Below, piece after piece: positions 9,694 through 18,705 of a DNA stretch of 38,814 nt (within the stretch, counting starts at the first letter, position 1; every line of letters begins with the position of its first letter). The position numbers were made by a program, and so were the translations under genes. The notes under the pieces were generated by a model that was not told where the DNA came from, ran no database searches, and saw nothing but the letters and a program-made list of their open reading frames with translations. Origin of the DNA: a bacterium (GTDB taxonomy: Bacteria; Actinomycetota; Coriobacteriia; Coriobacteriales; Coriobacteriaceae); contig CAVDTO010000002.1 of the NCBI GenBank assembly GCA_963611895.1, positions 1-38,814 on the forward strand. The letters are read 5' to 3'.

Positions 9694-11310
9694 TTACTCC
9701 TCCTCCTTGGAGAACTTCTTGATTGCCGGGGTGGTGGCGAGGCCCACCACGATGATCGCCGCGCCCACATAATAGGCAAAGCGCGTGGAGCTGAAGCGCG
9801 ACTGCGCGTTGATCTCCACGAGGGCGTCGCGCTCCTCGTCGCTCATATCGATGTCCTTGATGGACTCGCGGAAGTTGTCGTCCGAGACGAGGTCGATGGT
9901 GCGCTCCGAGAGGGCGGCCACGGTGGTGTCGGAGATGCGCGAATCGTTGGCGGCGGCATCCTTGACGGAGTTGGTGATGCCAAAGAGCAGCACGGCGCCG
10001 AGCAGCGCGATGCCCACGGCCTGGCCGACGTTGCGCATGGTGGTCTGAATGCCGCCGGACTGCGAGGCGTCGCGCTCGTTGACGGCGAGCGCCACGACGT
10101 TGTTGGCCTGCGACGAGACGATGCCCGCGCCGGAGCCGGCTACGACGCAGCCGATCATGATGCCCGTCATGGAGGCGGAGTCGAGCGTGACGGAGAAGGC
10201 CATCACGATGAGCGCGGCGGCAAGGGTGAGGTAGCCGAGCTGGATCACGTGGCGCGGGTTGGCCTTGGGCAGGAACTTGGGGATGCCGATGGAGAAGGCG
10301 AAGGTGGGCACGCCCACGACGATGGAGAGCACGCCGACGATGGCCGGGGTCCAGCCGGCGACGAGCTGCAGGTAGGGGGCCATGAGGATGGACTGCACGC
10401 CCATGAAGAAGAACGTGATGGCCGAGGCGGCGAGGCCGGCGAGGACCTGCGGGGTCTTGAGGAAGGACTGCGGGAGCAGGGCAAAGCCGTTCTTCTCCTC
10501 GACCTTCTTCTCGACCTTGACCATGACGATGAGGATGATCACGCCGAGCGCGGCCATGGGCAGGCAGGGCGAGATGCCGCCGATGGTGAACGGGCAGGCG
10601 GCGAAGGGCTCGATGAGGCCCCAGGCCGAAATGCGCGAGACGCCCACGAGGAAGAGGAACAGGCCCGAGGCGGCGAGGGCCACGCCGACGCCGTCGAACT
10701 TGAGCTTCTCGTCGGACTGCTCGATGGCGGGCAGCTTGAACGAGAGGGCAAAGACCATCACGAAGTAGGCGGCGAGCACGAAGAACGTCACGCGCATGCC
10801 GGCGGCCATGAGCACGATGGAGAGCAGCAGCGGCAGCAGGGCCGAGAGACCCGAGGCGGCGCCGATGCAGCCGAAGGCGAGCACGCGGTTCTTGCCGTGG
10901 TAGATCTTAGGCACGAGGCCCAGGACCGAGGGGATCATGAACGAGGCGCCGAAGCCCACGAGGGTGCGACCGCCCCAGATGAAGACCGCCATGTTGGGCG
11001 CGATGGCGAGCACGACCTCGCCGGCCGCGCAGAGCAGCGCGCCCATGCGGAAGTTCTTCTTCCAGCCGATGATGGTGCCCATCATGCCGCCGGCGATCAT
11101 GAACGCGCCGGCCATGAGGGAGTAGACCATGTTGGCGAGCTGGATGTCGGCGGTGGTGGCGCCGAGGTCCTGCGTGAGGGCGGTGGCGGCGAGCGAGAGC
11201 GCACCGTTGTCGCCCGAGGTGCCCATCTGGGCGAGGATCAGAACGAGAACGGGGAGAAGCATGAACTTCTCGGCGCCCTTCTCTTCTGCCATAGCTTTAG
11301 CTTGAGCCAT
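9694..11310 (-). CDS. MFS transporter (14-TMS DHA2-like)
   Basis: ATG at 11310 after gaaagga; ends 3 nt before the amidohydrolase start; collinear with the 4197-5831 protein. Confidence 0.9.
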   Translation of the reverse strand: MAQAKAMAEEKGAEKFMLLPVLVLILAQMGTSGDNGALSLAATALTQDLGATTADIQLANMVYSLMAGAFMIAGGMMGTIIGWKKNFRMGALLCAAGEVVLAIAPNMAVFIWGGRTLVGFGASFMIPSVLGLVPKIYHGKNRVLAFGCIGAASGLSALLPLLLSIVLMAAGMRVTFFVLAAYFVMVFALSFKLPAIEQSDEKLKFDGVGVALAASGLFLFLVGVSRISAWGLIEPFAACPFTIGGISPCLPMAALGVIILIVMVKVEKKVEEKNGFALLPQSFLKTPQVLAGLAASAITFFFMGVQSILMAPYLQLVAGWTPAIVGVLSIVVGVPTFAFSIGIPKFLPKANPRHVIQLGYLTLAAALIVMAFSVTLDSASMTGIMIGCVVAGSGAGIVSSQANNVVALAVNERDASQSGGIQTTMRNVGQAVGIALLGAVLLFGITNSVKDAAANDSRISDTTVAALSERTIDLVSDDNFRESIKDIDMSDEERDALVEINAQSRFSSTRFAYYVGAAIIVVGLATTPAIKKFSKEEE

Positions 11311-11454
11311 GTCGGGTTTCCTTTCTTTGCGTGTGCGCGGCGGCTTGCACCCTTTTCTTTGCGCCGCGCCGATCGAGAACGATATTGCGGCGCGCGCAAG
11401 TGGCGGGCGTTCAGAGCGCTTGCCGCAGCTCCGGCAAAGTGCAAACGCGGCAAG

Positions 11455-11479
11455 AAAAAACCGGGCACGCGGCCCGGTT
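11455..11479 (-). terminator. Intrinsic terminator downstream of the 167-aa membrane protein gene
   Basis: aaccgggc-cgcgt-gcccggtt running into a T6 tract on the minus strand. Confidence 0.6.
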
Positions 11480-11635
11480 CCAGTGTGGAAACGCTGAGTG
11501 GAAAACGCTCGGCGGAGTTTGATGTTGGACGGTTTGGCCAGCGAGCCATGCGGCGCGGCTGCATAAGCGCAACGTCGCGTTGCCGCGACACGCACGCACG
11601 GCCGCAGCGCAGGCAAACGCGTCCCTGACCTCGTA

Positions 11636-12139
11636 CTATGCTGCAGTCGCGGCGCTCTTCTCAAAGCCTGCCGTGGTGGCACCGATGACCACGCAACCCG
11701 AGACGCACCCGGCAACGGCGCACATGCAGCCCTTGAAGACCATCATGCCCGTGCGCGAGAGCGGCAGCGGCAGCGCGAGGGTGCAGAGCCAGGCGAGCGG
11801 CGTGGCCACCGCAAGGGCGATGACGCCCACGACGATCGACATCGGAACGGCCTTGTACGGCAGCTTGGCAAGCCAACCATAGCCGGCGGAATTGCCCTGG
11901 TAAACGCCCTTTTTGAGGTCGATCTTGGTGAGCGGCACCACGCACCAGGTAAGGATGAGGCCCAGCAGCGCGCCGGTGAGGGCGATCTCTTCCACGACCT
12001 TGCCGGCCGCAAAGGTGATGTCCGGCTCGCCCGCATGCATGCCCAGGAAGATGAGCGCGTTGATGACGCCGTTCACGATGCCATAGCCGACGATGCACTT
12101 GTTCTTGAGATAGCTCGCGTAATCCTTGGGCGCCGCCAT
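11636..12139 (-). CDS. Hypothetical 4-TM membrane protein
   Basis: RBS aaggag, high GC3, four hydrophobic segments. Confidence 0.8.
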   Translation of the reverse strand: MAAPKDYASYLKNKCIVGYGIVNGVINALIFLGMHAGEPDITFAAGKVVEEIALTGALLGLILTWCVVPLTKIDLKKGVYQGNSAGYGWLAKLPYKAVPMSIVVGVIALAVATPLAWLCTLALPLPLSRTGMMVFKGCMCAVAGCVSGCVVIGATTAGFEKSAATAA

Positions 12140-12309
12140 GAGGTCTCCTTCTGGTTTGAGAGGTGGGATTTAAGCGGGGCACAGTGTATGCGCGCACAAG
12201 ACACGCGCCGACCAGAAGGATTGCCGCATGTACGGCAGAGAGCAACCGGCTCGCCAAGCAAATTGGCGCCCAACAGCTAAACTGCCGGGGCACTCGTACG
12301 GCTATTCAA

Positions 12310-12626
12310 TTTCCAAAACGCAGTTCAGACTAGAACAGCTCCAACCACGGAGTCATCCCAGGTCGAACCAACGTCAGCGAGCGGGACCCAAGTGCCGCAG
12401 GTTGCCGCGAAAGAGGAGCGCCGCGTACTTCGGTACGCAAGCGACGGTTTGAGCGGCAAGATGCGGTGCTTGGGCCCCGCGCAGCGTCGGCAGGTCCGCC
12501 GTTCGTTAGAACGGCGGAACCAAATTCGCACCGACCTGCGGCACCTGGAGTCCGCTCGCTGACGTTGGTTCAACCTGGGGCGGTTTTGCGGCAGCGGCAG
12601 CCTTATCCCAAAGGTCGATTTGGAAA
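12310..12626. repeat. MITE/REPIN-like element with long imperfect inverted arms
   Basis: 12357-12402 vs 12534-12579 inverted, 41/46 matching; degenerate extension out to tttccaaa (12310) / tttggaaa (12626). Confidence 0.7.
12373..12520. repeat. Structured dispersed element, copy 1
   Basis: Collinear with 33606-33751; shared core cgcgaaagaggagcgccgcgt...acgcaagcgacggtttgagcg and terminal hairpin tccgccgttc-gtta-gaacggcgga. Confidence 0.85.
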
Positions 12627-12660
12627 ACAAACGGTCCTGCAGGGCACCCACAGGACCGTT
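12624..12660 (-). terminator. Terminator of the rha-like operon
   Basis: 10-bp stem aacggtcctg / caggaccgtt then tgtttt on the minus strand, ~45 nt after the isomerase stop. Confidence 0.6.
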
Positions 12661-12703
12661 CGACTCCCGGTACGAGCACCGGGCTGAACCTTATCTCAAC
12701 CTA

Positions 12704-14131
12704 TTACCTGCAGACGACCTCGCAGGGGACGTTCAGGATCTTGGCGACCTTGAGGATCGTGTCGGTCTGGGAGCCCAGGCAGGCGGCCATATGATGCGTG
12801 GGGCCGGTCTCGTTCCAGCGGTTCATGAACTCGCGGGCGCCGCAGGAGAACTTCATGCGCATGTTGGTGTCGCCAAAGGTGAAGATCGGGCCGTCGACGT
12901 TCTCGCCCTCGGCCACCACGAACTTGAAGTTGCCGTCGCCGTCCTGGGTGATGCCCAGGTAGGTCACGGTGCCCAGGCCCGGGTAGAACTGGGTGAGGTA
13001 GCCGCCGCCGGTCTTGCCGTGGAACACGGGCACAACCTTCAGCGTGGGCTTCTTGGCGGTGGAGATGTCGGCGTCACCGGAACCGGAATGGCCGATGATC
13101 ACGATGTCCTCGGGGAAGTCGATAGAGTACATCTCGGAGAGCTGACCGGTGCCCGAGATCGTCTTGAGGATGCTCATGGCCATGGCGACCTTCATGTCGC
13201 CCTCGACGGCGCAGCTCGTGCCCTGCTTGATGAGCATCGAGAACGCCGGGATCAGCATGGAGTCGAGCACGCCGGCCTGGCCCTTGGCGTAGCCGTCGTA
13301 GTGGCTCGCCACGAGGCCGATCTCCTCGTCCTTGACCCACTGCTCAAAGGCCACCACGTACTTGGCCATCTCCTGGATGGGCTCGTCGGAGACCCTGGCG
13401 CCGCCCTCAACATCGAAGGTGTCGAGGATCTCGGCGGCCTTGGCGTCCACCGCGGCCTGGTCGTCGATGTTGTCGGCGATAGCCCACATCTTCTCCCAGT
13501 CGAACTGCTTGGTGTAGAGGCCCAGGCGGTTGTAGAGGTTGGTCTCGTCGATGTAGAGGTCCATCATGCCGGGGTACGGGCGGCCGATCTGCGCGATGTT
13601 CGTGCGGCGCAGGCGACGACGCACGTTGGCGGCGCGGCACCACTCGTCGAGCTGCTTGGCGACCTCGGGGTCGCCGCCCTCCACCACGCCGGTCACCACG
13701 GCATGGCGCTTGCCGGCGCGGTTGAGGTCGGCCACGACCTCGCCCGGGGCGCCGCATGCATAGAGGTCGCCGAGCCACGTGGGGATGTCGGTCGCGGCGT
13801 AGTCGGGCTGGGCCTTCTTCTGCACGTTGACCACGACCACCGGCACGTCGAGGTCGCGGATGGCCGGCAGCACGTTGTAGCTCGTGGCGTAGGTGAGCAT
13901 CTGGAGGATCACCAGGTCAACATCCTCGGCACGGAACTTGTCGCCCGCGGCCTGGGCGGCCTCCTTGGTGGTGACCATGCCGCCGTCAACGAGCTCGACG
14001 GTCGTGGGCAGGGTCGCCTTAAAGGCCTCGTACTGCTCCTCAAAATTGGGAACGAGCTGCGGGAACTGCGGCAGATACGCGCCCAGCGCGATCGAGAAGA
14101 CGCCGACTTTTGCCTTGGTGTTTACAAGCAT
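12704..14131 (-). CDS. L-arabinose/L-fucose isomerase family sugar isomerase
   Basis: AVEGD, LSEMY, IGHSG and THH match the AraA-type Glu/Glu/His/His metal ligands; ATG at 14131 after aggagg. Confidence 0.85.
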   Translation of the reverse strand: MLVNTKAKVGVFSIALGAYLPQFPQLVPNFEEQYEAFKATLPTTVELVDGGMVTTKEAAQAAGDKFRAEDVDLVILQMLTYATSYNVLPAIRDLDVPVVVVNVQKKAQPDYAATDIPTWLGDLYACGAPGEVVADLNRAGKRHAVVTGVVEGGDPEVAKQLDEWCRAANVRRRLRRTNIAQIGRPYPGMMDLYIDETNLYNRLGLYTKQFDWEKMWAIADNIDDQAAVDAKAAEILDTFDVEGGARVSDEPIQEMAKYVVAFEQWVKDEEIGLVASHYDGYAKGQAGVLDSMLIPAFSMLIKQGTSCAVEGDMKVAMAMSILKTISGTGQLSEMYSIDFPEDIVIIGHSGSGDADISTAKKPTLKVVPVFHGKTGGGYLTQFYPGLGTVTYLGITQDGDGNFKFVVAEGENVDGPIFTFGDTNMRMKFSCGAREFMNRWNETGPTHHMAACLGSQTDTILKVAKILNVPCEVVCR

Positions 14132-14316
14132 GACTCCTCCTAAAGAAGAAAACGGATAGCAGGCGGAGGGCGCGGTTTTATCCTTCAGCGCAACAGAGAA
14201 CATGTGCCGCGCCCGCCGCGGATGCACGGGATACAGGCGAGCGGCCTTACAGGCGACCGCTCGCCCGGCCCTGTTGCCGCGCAAATTCGGCAGCAGGGCG
14301 AGAAAGAGAGGACTCG

Positions 14317-15564
14317 CTACTCGGCGTCTTCGAACGCGTTATAACGCTTGCCATGGAAGGCCCAGATGGCCGCCGCAAAGCCGATGGCGCAGAGCAGGGA
14401 GAGAACGAGGAACGCAGCCTTGTAGCCCGCAGTCGCGATGAAGGTCGCGGTGAACGAGCCGGCCACGGCGCACAAAAAGCGCGACGAGAACACGATGGCG
14501 CCGTTCGCGGTGGTGCGCAGAAGCGTCGGGAAGCACTCCTGCATCCAGACCTTGAGGATGCCCTCGAAGGCAAAGGCGGCGCCGACGCAGTAGAGAAGCT
14601 GGGTGGCGATGTAGGTATAGGTGGACGCGCCGAAGATCGGGAACATGAGGAAGCCGATGAGGTAGAGCGCGGCGCCCATGTAGAAGAGCGGCATGCGCTT
14701 GTCGGTATCGACGAACTTCATGAACACGAAGTCGAGGATGGCGCGGATCGGGTAGCAGATAAGGCCGATGGCGGACACGACGGAGATGGGCAGCGACACC
14801 ACGTTCGCGCCGATCCAGGTAGAGAACTGGCCGAGCGAGTTGGCCGGGATGTTCGTGCCGATGTAGAAGATCGCGAGCGCGATGAACGGCTTGGCGTACG
14901 GACTCTTGAACAGGTCGCTGACCTTGCCCTGAGCCTCCTCGCTCACCTTGCCGGCAAGACGGTCCTCGTGAGCCTTGACCCAGACGGGAGACTCAGGAAT
15001 GGTCTGGCGGGCGACGAGCACCAGGATGGAGACCACGGCGAGCTGGGTGAACATGATCTGGCCGCCCAGGTAGCCCCAGTCGCCCACGAGGGCGCCGATG
15101 CCCTGCGCCACGACGATGCCGACGACCCAGAGGATGTCGGAGAAGAGCAGCATCTTGCCGCGCTTGTCGTCGGGCGCCTCCTCGGCGATCGTCGCGAGCG
15201 AGACCGGCAGGTCGGCACCCACGCCGAGGCCCATGAGGATCTCGCCGAGCAGAAGCAGCGGGAACGTGGTTGCAAAGATCATGGTCACGGCGCCGACGAT
15301 CAGCATGGCCATGGTGACCGAGAAGACCGGCTTGCGGCCGAACCTGTCGCCCAGGCTTCCGCCCAAGATCGAGCCGATGGCGATGCAGAACGTCAGAGCG
15401 GCCGAAATGAGGCCGAACTGACCGTTATCGAGGCCGAACGTCGTCTGGTAGATGACGAGCGCGGTGCCCGACGAGATGATCGCGCACGAGTCGATGTAGG
15501 ACGCCATGCCCGAGACGACGGCCACCCACCACGGATTCACGTGGCGTTCGCGATTATTTCCCAT
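14317..15564 (-). CDS. MFS sugar transporter
   Basis: GSLGDRFGRK motif A, IPESP and ECFPTLLR sugar-porter-like motifs. Confidence 0.9.
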   Translation of the reverse strand: MGNNRERHVNPWWVAVVSGMASYIDSCAIISSGTALVIYQTTFGLDNGQFGLISAALTFCIAIGSILGGSLGDRFGRKPVFSVTMAMLIVGAVTMIFATTFPLLLLGEILMGLGVGADLPVSLATIAEEAPDDKRGKMLLFSDILWVVGIVVAQGIGALVGDWGYLGGQIMFTQLAVVSILVLVARQTIPESPVWVKAHEDRLAGKVSEEAQGKVSDLFKSPYAKPFIALAIFYIGTNIPANSLGQFSTWIGANVVSLPISVVSAIGLICYPIRAILDFVFMKFVDTDKRMPLFYMGAALYLIGFLMFPIFGASTYTYIATQLLYCVGAAFAFEGILKVWMQECFPTLLRTTANGAIVFSSRFLCAVAGSFTATFIATAGYKAAFLVLSLLCAIGFAAAIWAFHGKRYNAFEDAE

Positions 15565-15720
15565 ACTTTCCCCTTAGAATGAATGCGTTCGCCGCCCTTT
15601 TGAGCGACGAGATTCCGAGGCGGTCCCTTAATGCTCCCCAGCAGCAGGGCCGCCTTTTCTTCCCTATTGGCCCTCGGTTTAGAGGACGCACCGCCGCGAA
15701 CGGGCGCGGCGCCAACTCGG

Positions 15721-16551
15721 CTAGTCGACGAAGGCCTCGTTGATCTGGATGCCGAAGTCGCGGCAGGTGTCCTTGAGGCCCTGGTCCGAGATGACGTTCA
15801 GGAACTTGTCGCTGCCACCGTTGGCGGCACGCGCGGCCACGTAGAGCTGGGCAGCCTTCTCCACGGTATGCGCAAGGCCGAAGGTGGTGTCGAAGTCGGG
15901 GCCGGTGGCAAAGAGGCCGTGGTGCGCCCAGACGATGGCGTCATAGGTCTTCATGAGCTCGGAGCTGGCCTCGGCGATGGCGGGGCCGCCCGGGACCATC
16001 CAGGGCACGACGCCCACGCCGGTCGGGTACACGACGACGCACTCGGTCATCATCTGCCAGAGCACGCGCGTGAAGGCGCGGTCCTCGAGCGGCACGATGA
16101 AGCTCATCTCGATGATGCCCGGGGTGTGGGCGTGGTAGATCACGCGGTTCGCGCCGTCGGTGCGGGCGGCGGTCACGCAGTGGTTCATGTAGTGGCTCTC
16201 GAACTCGGAGGTCGGGCGGGCGCCGTTGGCGAGGCCCCACACGATGCGGAACGCGTCGCCGGTCTCGTTGATCTCGACGATGCCGATGTTCGCGTACGGG
16301 TCGCCGGCGACGTTGCGCATGTACTTGCCCGAGCCGGTGCTCACGAAGTACTGCCCGGCGAGGTTCTCGCCCTTAACGCCCATCTTGACCCACTCGCGCG
16401 GCTCCTCAAAGAAGGGCTTTGCGGCGGCGACCTCCTCGTCGGTCATGCGGTAGGTGAGGTTTCCGCCGTTGCGCTCGTGCCAGCCCTGCTTGAAGCCGTC
16501 GTCGCACAGTCGGCAGAAGCCCTTGATGAATTCCAGATCTTCCATTGCCAT
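15721..16551 (-). CDS. rhaD: Rhamnulose-1-phosphate aldolase
   Basis: GWHERNGGNLT, TGSGKY, PTSE, HAHT, WQMMTEC, VPWMVPG, WAHHG; ATG at 16551 after gaggag. Confidence 0.93.
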   Translation of the reverse strand: MAMEDLEFIKGFCRLCDDGFKQGWHERNGGNLTYRMTDEEVAAAKPFFEEPREWVKMGVKGENLAGQYFVSTGSGKYMRNVAGDPYANIGIVEINETGDAFRIVWGLANGARPTSEFESHYMNHCVTAARTDGANRVIYHAHTPGIIEMSFIVPLEDRAFTRVLWQMMTECVVVYPTGVGVVPWMVPGGPAIAEASSELMKTYDAIVWAHHGLFATGPDFDTTFGLAHTVEKAAQLYVAARAANGGSDKFLNVISDQGLKDTCRDFGIQINEAFVD

Positions 16552-16742
16552 GTTTCTCTCCTCTCCGGGGCCCGCAGGCCCAATGAACAACAGGTGGTAC
16601 TTCCGATACGGCCGGGCGCGGGCTTGGTGATGTAGGGACCCCGCGCCACTGCCGTCGGAGAGAGCCGCTCGCGCGCCGACGGGAGTCGATCGCCGCGCAC
16701 GGGGCTGGGAATAGTCGTGTGGCCGAATGGTCGGCCGCGAGT

Positions 16743-18230
16743 CTAGGCGGCCGCGCCCTCCGAGGGGTCGATCCGCTTGACGTCAAAGGAACGGGCCACG
16801 CAGGAGCGGGCGTCCGCGAGGTCGGCGAAGTCGCCGCCGGAGATCATCTGAACGATGAAGTTGCCGATGCACGTGCCCTCGATGGGCCCGGCGAAGACGG
16901 GCAGGCCGCAGGTGTCGGCCGTCATCTGGTTGAGGTAGTAGTCCTGGCAGCCGCCGCCCACGATGTTGATGCTCGTGTAGGAGCGGCCCGTGATCTCGGT
17001 AAGCCCCTCGATCGCCTTCTTGTAGGAACGCGTGAGGCTGCAGTAGTTGGTGCGCATGACCTGGCCGATGGTCTCGGGAACGGGCTGGCCGCCCTCGGCG
17101 CACGCGGCCTTGAGCTCGTCGATCATGGAATCGGGCGCAAGGAACCGCTCGTCGTCCACGTCGACGTAGGCGCAGAAGGGCTCGGCCTCGCGGCAGAGCG
17201 CGCGCAGCTCGTCGAACCCGACCTTGTGGTCCATGAGCGCCTTGTGCGCGGTCTTGCCCTCAACGTAGTTGACGCCGTTGACCTCGCGGCGCACGGACTG
17301 GTTCATCCACAGGCCCATGATGTTCTTGAGGAACCGGAAGCGCTTGAGGTAGCCGCCCTCGTTGGTGAAGTTCTCCTCGCGGGCGGCGTCCGTGGTGATG
17401 GGCTCGGCGTTCTCCACGCCGAGCAGGCTCCACGTGCCGCTCGAGATGTAGGCCGCGTTCTCGTCGCGCGCGGGCACGGCGAGGAAAGCCGAGCCGGTGT
17501 CGTGCGTGGCGGGAAGCACCACGGTGGCCGCGTAGCCGATGCGCTCGGCGATCTCGGGCAGGGTCTCGCCCAGCTCGGCGCTCGGCATCGTGGGCTTGAG
17601 GAACATGCCCACCGGAATGCCGAAGGTGAGGAGGAGCTGCTGGTCCCAGTCGCAGGTGCGGGCGTTGACCAGGCCCGTGGTGGTGGCGTTGGTGTACTCG
17701 TTGGCCTTTTTGCCGGTGAGGCGCCAGTTGAGGTAATCGGGAATCATGAGGAAGCTGCGGGCCGCCTCGAGCTGTTCCGGATGCTCGGCCTTGAGCGCGA
17801 GCAGCTGGTAGATGGTGTTGAAGGGCTGGCGCTGGATACCCGTGCGGGCGTAGACGTCGGCCGGGTCCATGATGGCGTCCGCCACCTCGAAGATGCCCTC
17901 GGTGCGCGCGTCGCGGTAGGCGACGGTGTCGCCCACGATTTGGTCGTTCTCGTCGAGCAGGACGAAGTCCACGCCCCAGGTGTCGATGCCGATGCTCGCG
18001 GGAGCCTCGCCCGTCTTCTCCTTGACGGCGGCAAGACCGGCGACCACGTGCTCGAACAGTGCCTCGACGTCCCAGCAGTCGTGACCGTTGCGGCGGACCT
18101 GCTCGTTATCGAAGCGGTAGACCTCGTCGTAGTGCATGGTGCCGTCCGCGACCCAGCCGGCGAGAACGCGCCCGCTCGAAGCGCCGATGTCGACCGCCGC
18201 GTAATGCTTAGTGTTGATGCGCTGCGCCAT
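16743..18230 (-). CDS. rhaB: Rhamnulokinase (FGGY family)
   Basis: AVDIGASSGR, IGIDTWGVD, YRDART, THDTGSA, SSGTWSLLG, FTNEGG, FLKNIMGLW. Confidence 0.93.
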   Translation of the reverse strand: MAQRINTKHYAAVDIGASSGRVLAGWVADGTMHYDEVYRFDNEQVRRNGHDCWDVEALFEHVVAGLAAVKEKTGEAPASIGIDTWGVDFVLLDENDQIVGDTVAYRDARTEGIFEVADAIMDPADVYARTGIQRQPFNTIYQLLALKAEHPEQLEAARSFLMIPDYLNWRLTGKKANEYTNATTTGLVNARTCDWDQQLLLTFGIPVGMFLKPTMPSAELGETLPEIAERIGYAATVVLPATHDTGSAFLAVPARDENAAYISSGTWSLLGVENAEPITTDAAREENFTNEGGYLKRFRFLKNIMGLWMNQSVRREVNGVNYVEGKTAHKALMDHKVGFDELRALCREAEPFCAYVDVDDERFLAPDSMIDELKAACAEGGQPVPETIGQVMRTNYCSLTRSYKKAIEGLTEITGRSYTSINIVGGGCQDYYLNQMTADTCGLPVFAGPIEGTCIGNFIVQMISGGDFADLADARSCVARSFDVKRIDPSEGAAA

Positions 18231-18266
18231 GTGATCCCCTAACTCGACGAACGCCCTGCCATTAGT

Positions 18267-18318
18267 TGAAGCGTTTCATTTGCAGTTGGTACTATACTCT
18301 GAAGCGCTTCAATTTCAA
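18267..18318 (-). promoter_or_regulatory. rhaB promoter (TTGAAA-N16-TATAGT) with two LacI-type operators
   Basis: Perfect palindrome TGAAGCGCTTCA at 18300-18311 in the spacer; TGAAGCGTTTCA at 18267-18278 downstream of the -10. Confidence 0.75.
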
Positions 18319-18662
18319 GCACGGATTCAGCGTTCAGCGACGCTTCCGGTGAACGGTCGATTTTTCGGGTGAACGGTCGGCGGCGGCGATGGAGCCGGCG
18401 ATGCCACTTAGGCCGGCAACAGGCCCAGCAACGGGCCCTTTGGCGGTCATGCCCGATCGCTTGCAGCTAGGCCACCCCGATGCCGATCGCGGGCAGCATC
18501 CCAGCTCAGGACTTTGGGGCTATCGCATTCGTCGAGCCCAGAGGACCTGCGTCTCGCCGGCCCTCGACGAAGGCATCGTCGGCCTCAACCGGCAACGCTC
18601 GCGGGCTTCCTTACTCGTCTCAAACAGCGGCGCTCACGGGAGCCCATCGGCTCGGTGCTAGA

Positions 18663-18693
18663 ATTGAAACCGTTTCAATCGCGGTCGTATGCT
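18663..18693 (+). promoter_or_regulatory. lacI-family gene promoter (TTGAAA-N18-TATGCT) overlapped by an operator-like palindrome
   Basis: attgaaac-c-gtttcaat at 18663-18679 covers the -35; probably autoregulatory. Confidence 0.6.
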
Positions 18694-18705
18694 CGGAGTT
18701 CAGTT

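Noticed and set aside
7978..11628. Very long ORFs antisense to recognised genes (also 1506-3983, 5933-7894, 12620-14143, 25056-28514, 30149-32299, 35885-38599)
   Set aside because: Shadow ORFs of high-GC3 genes: no motifs, biased composition, and almost fully overlapping well-supported genes on the other strand
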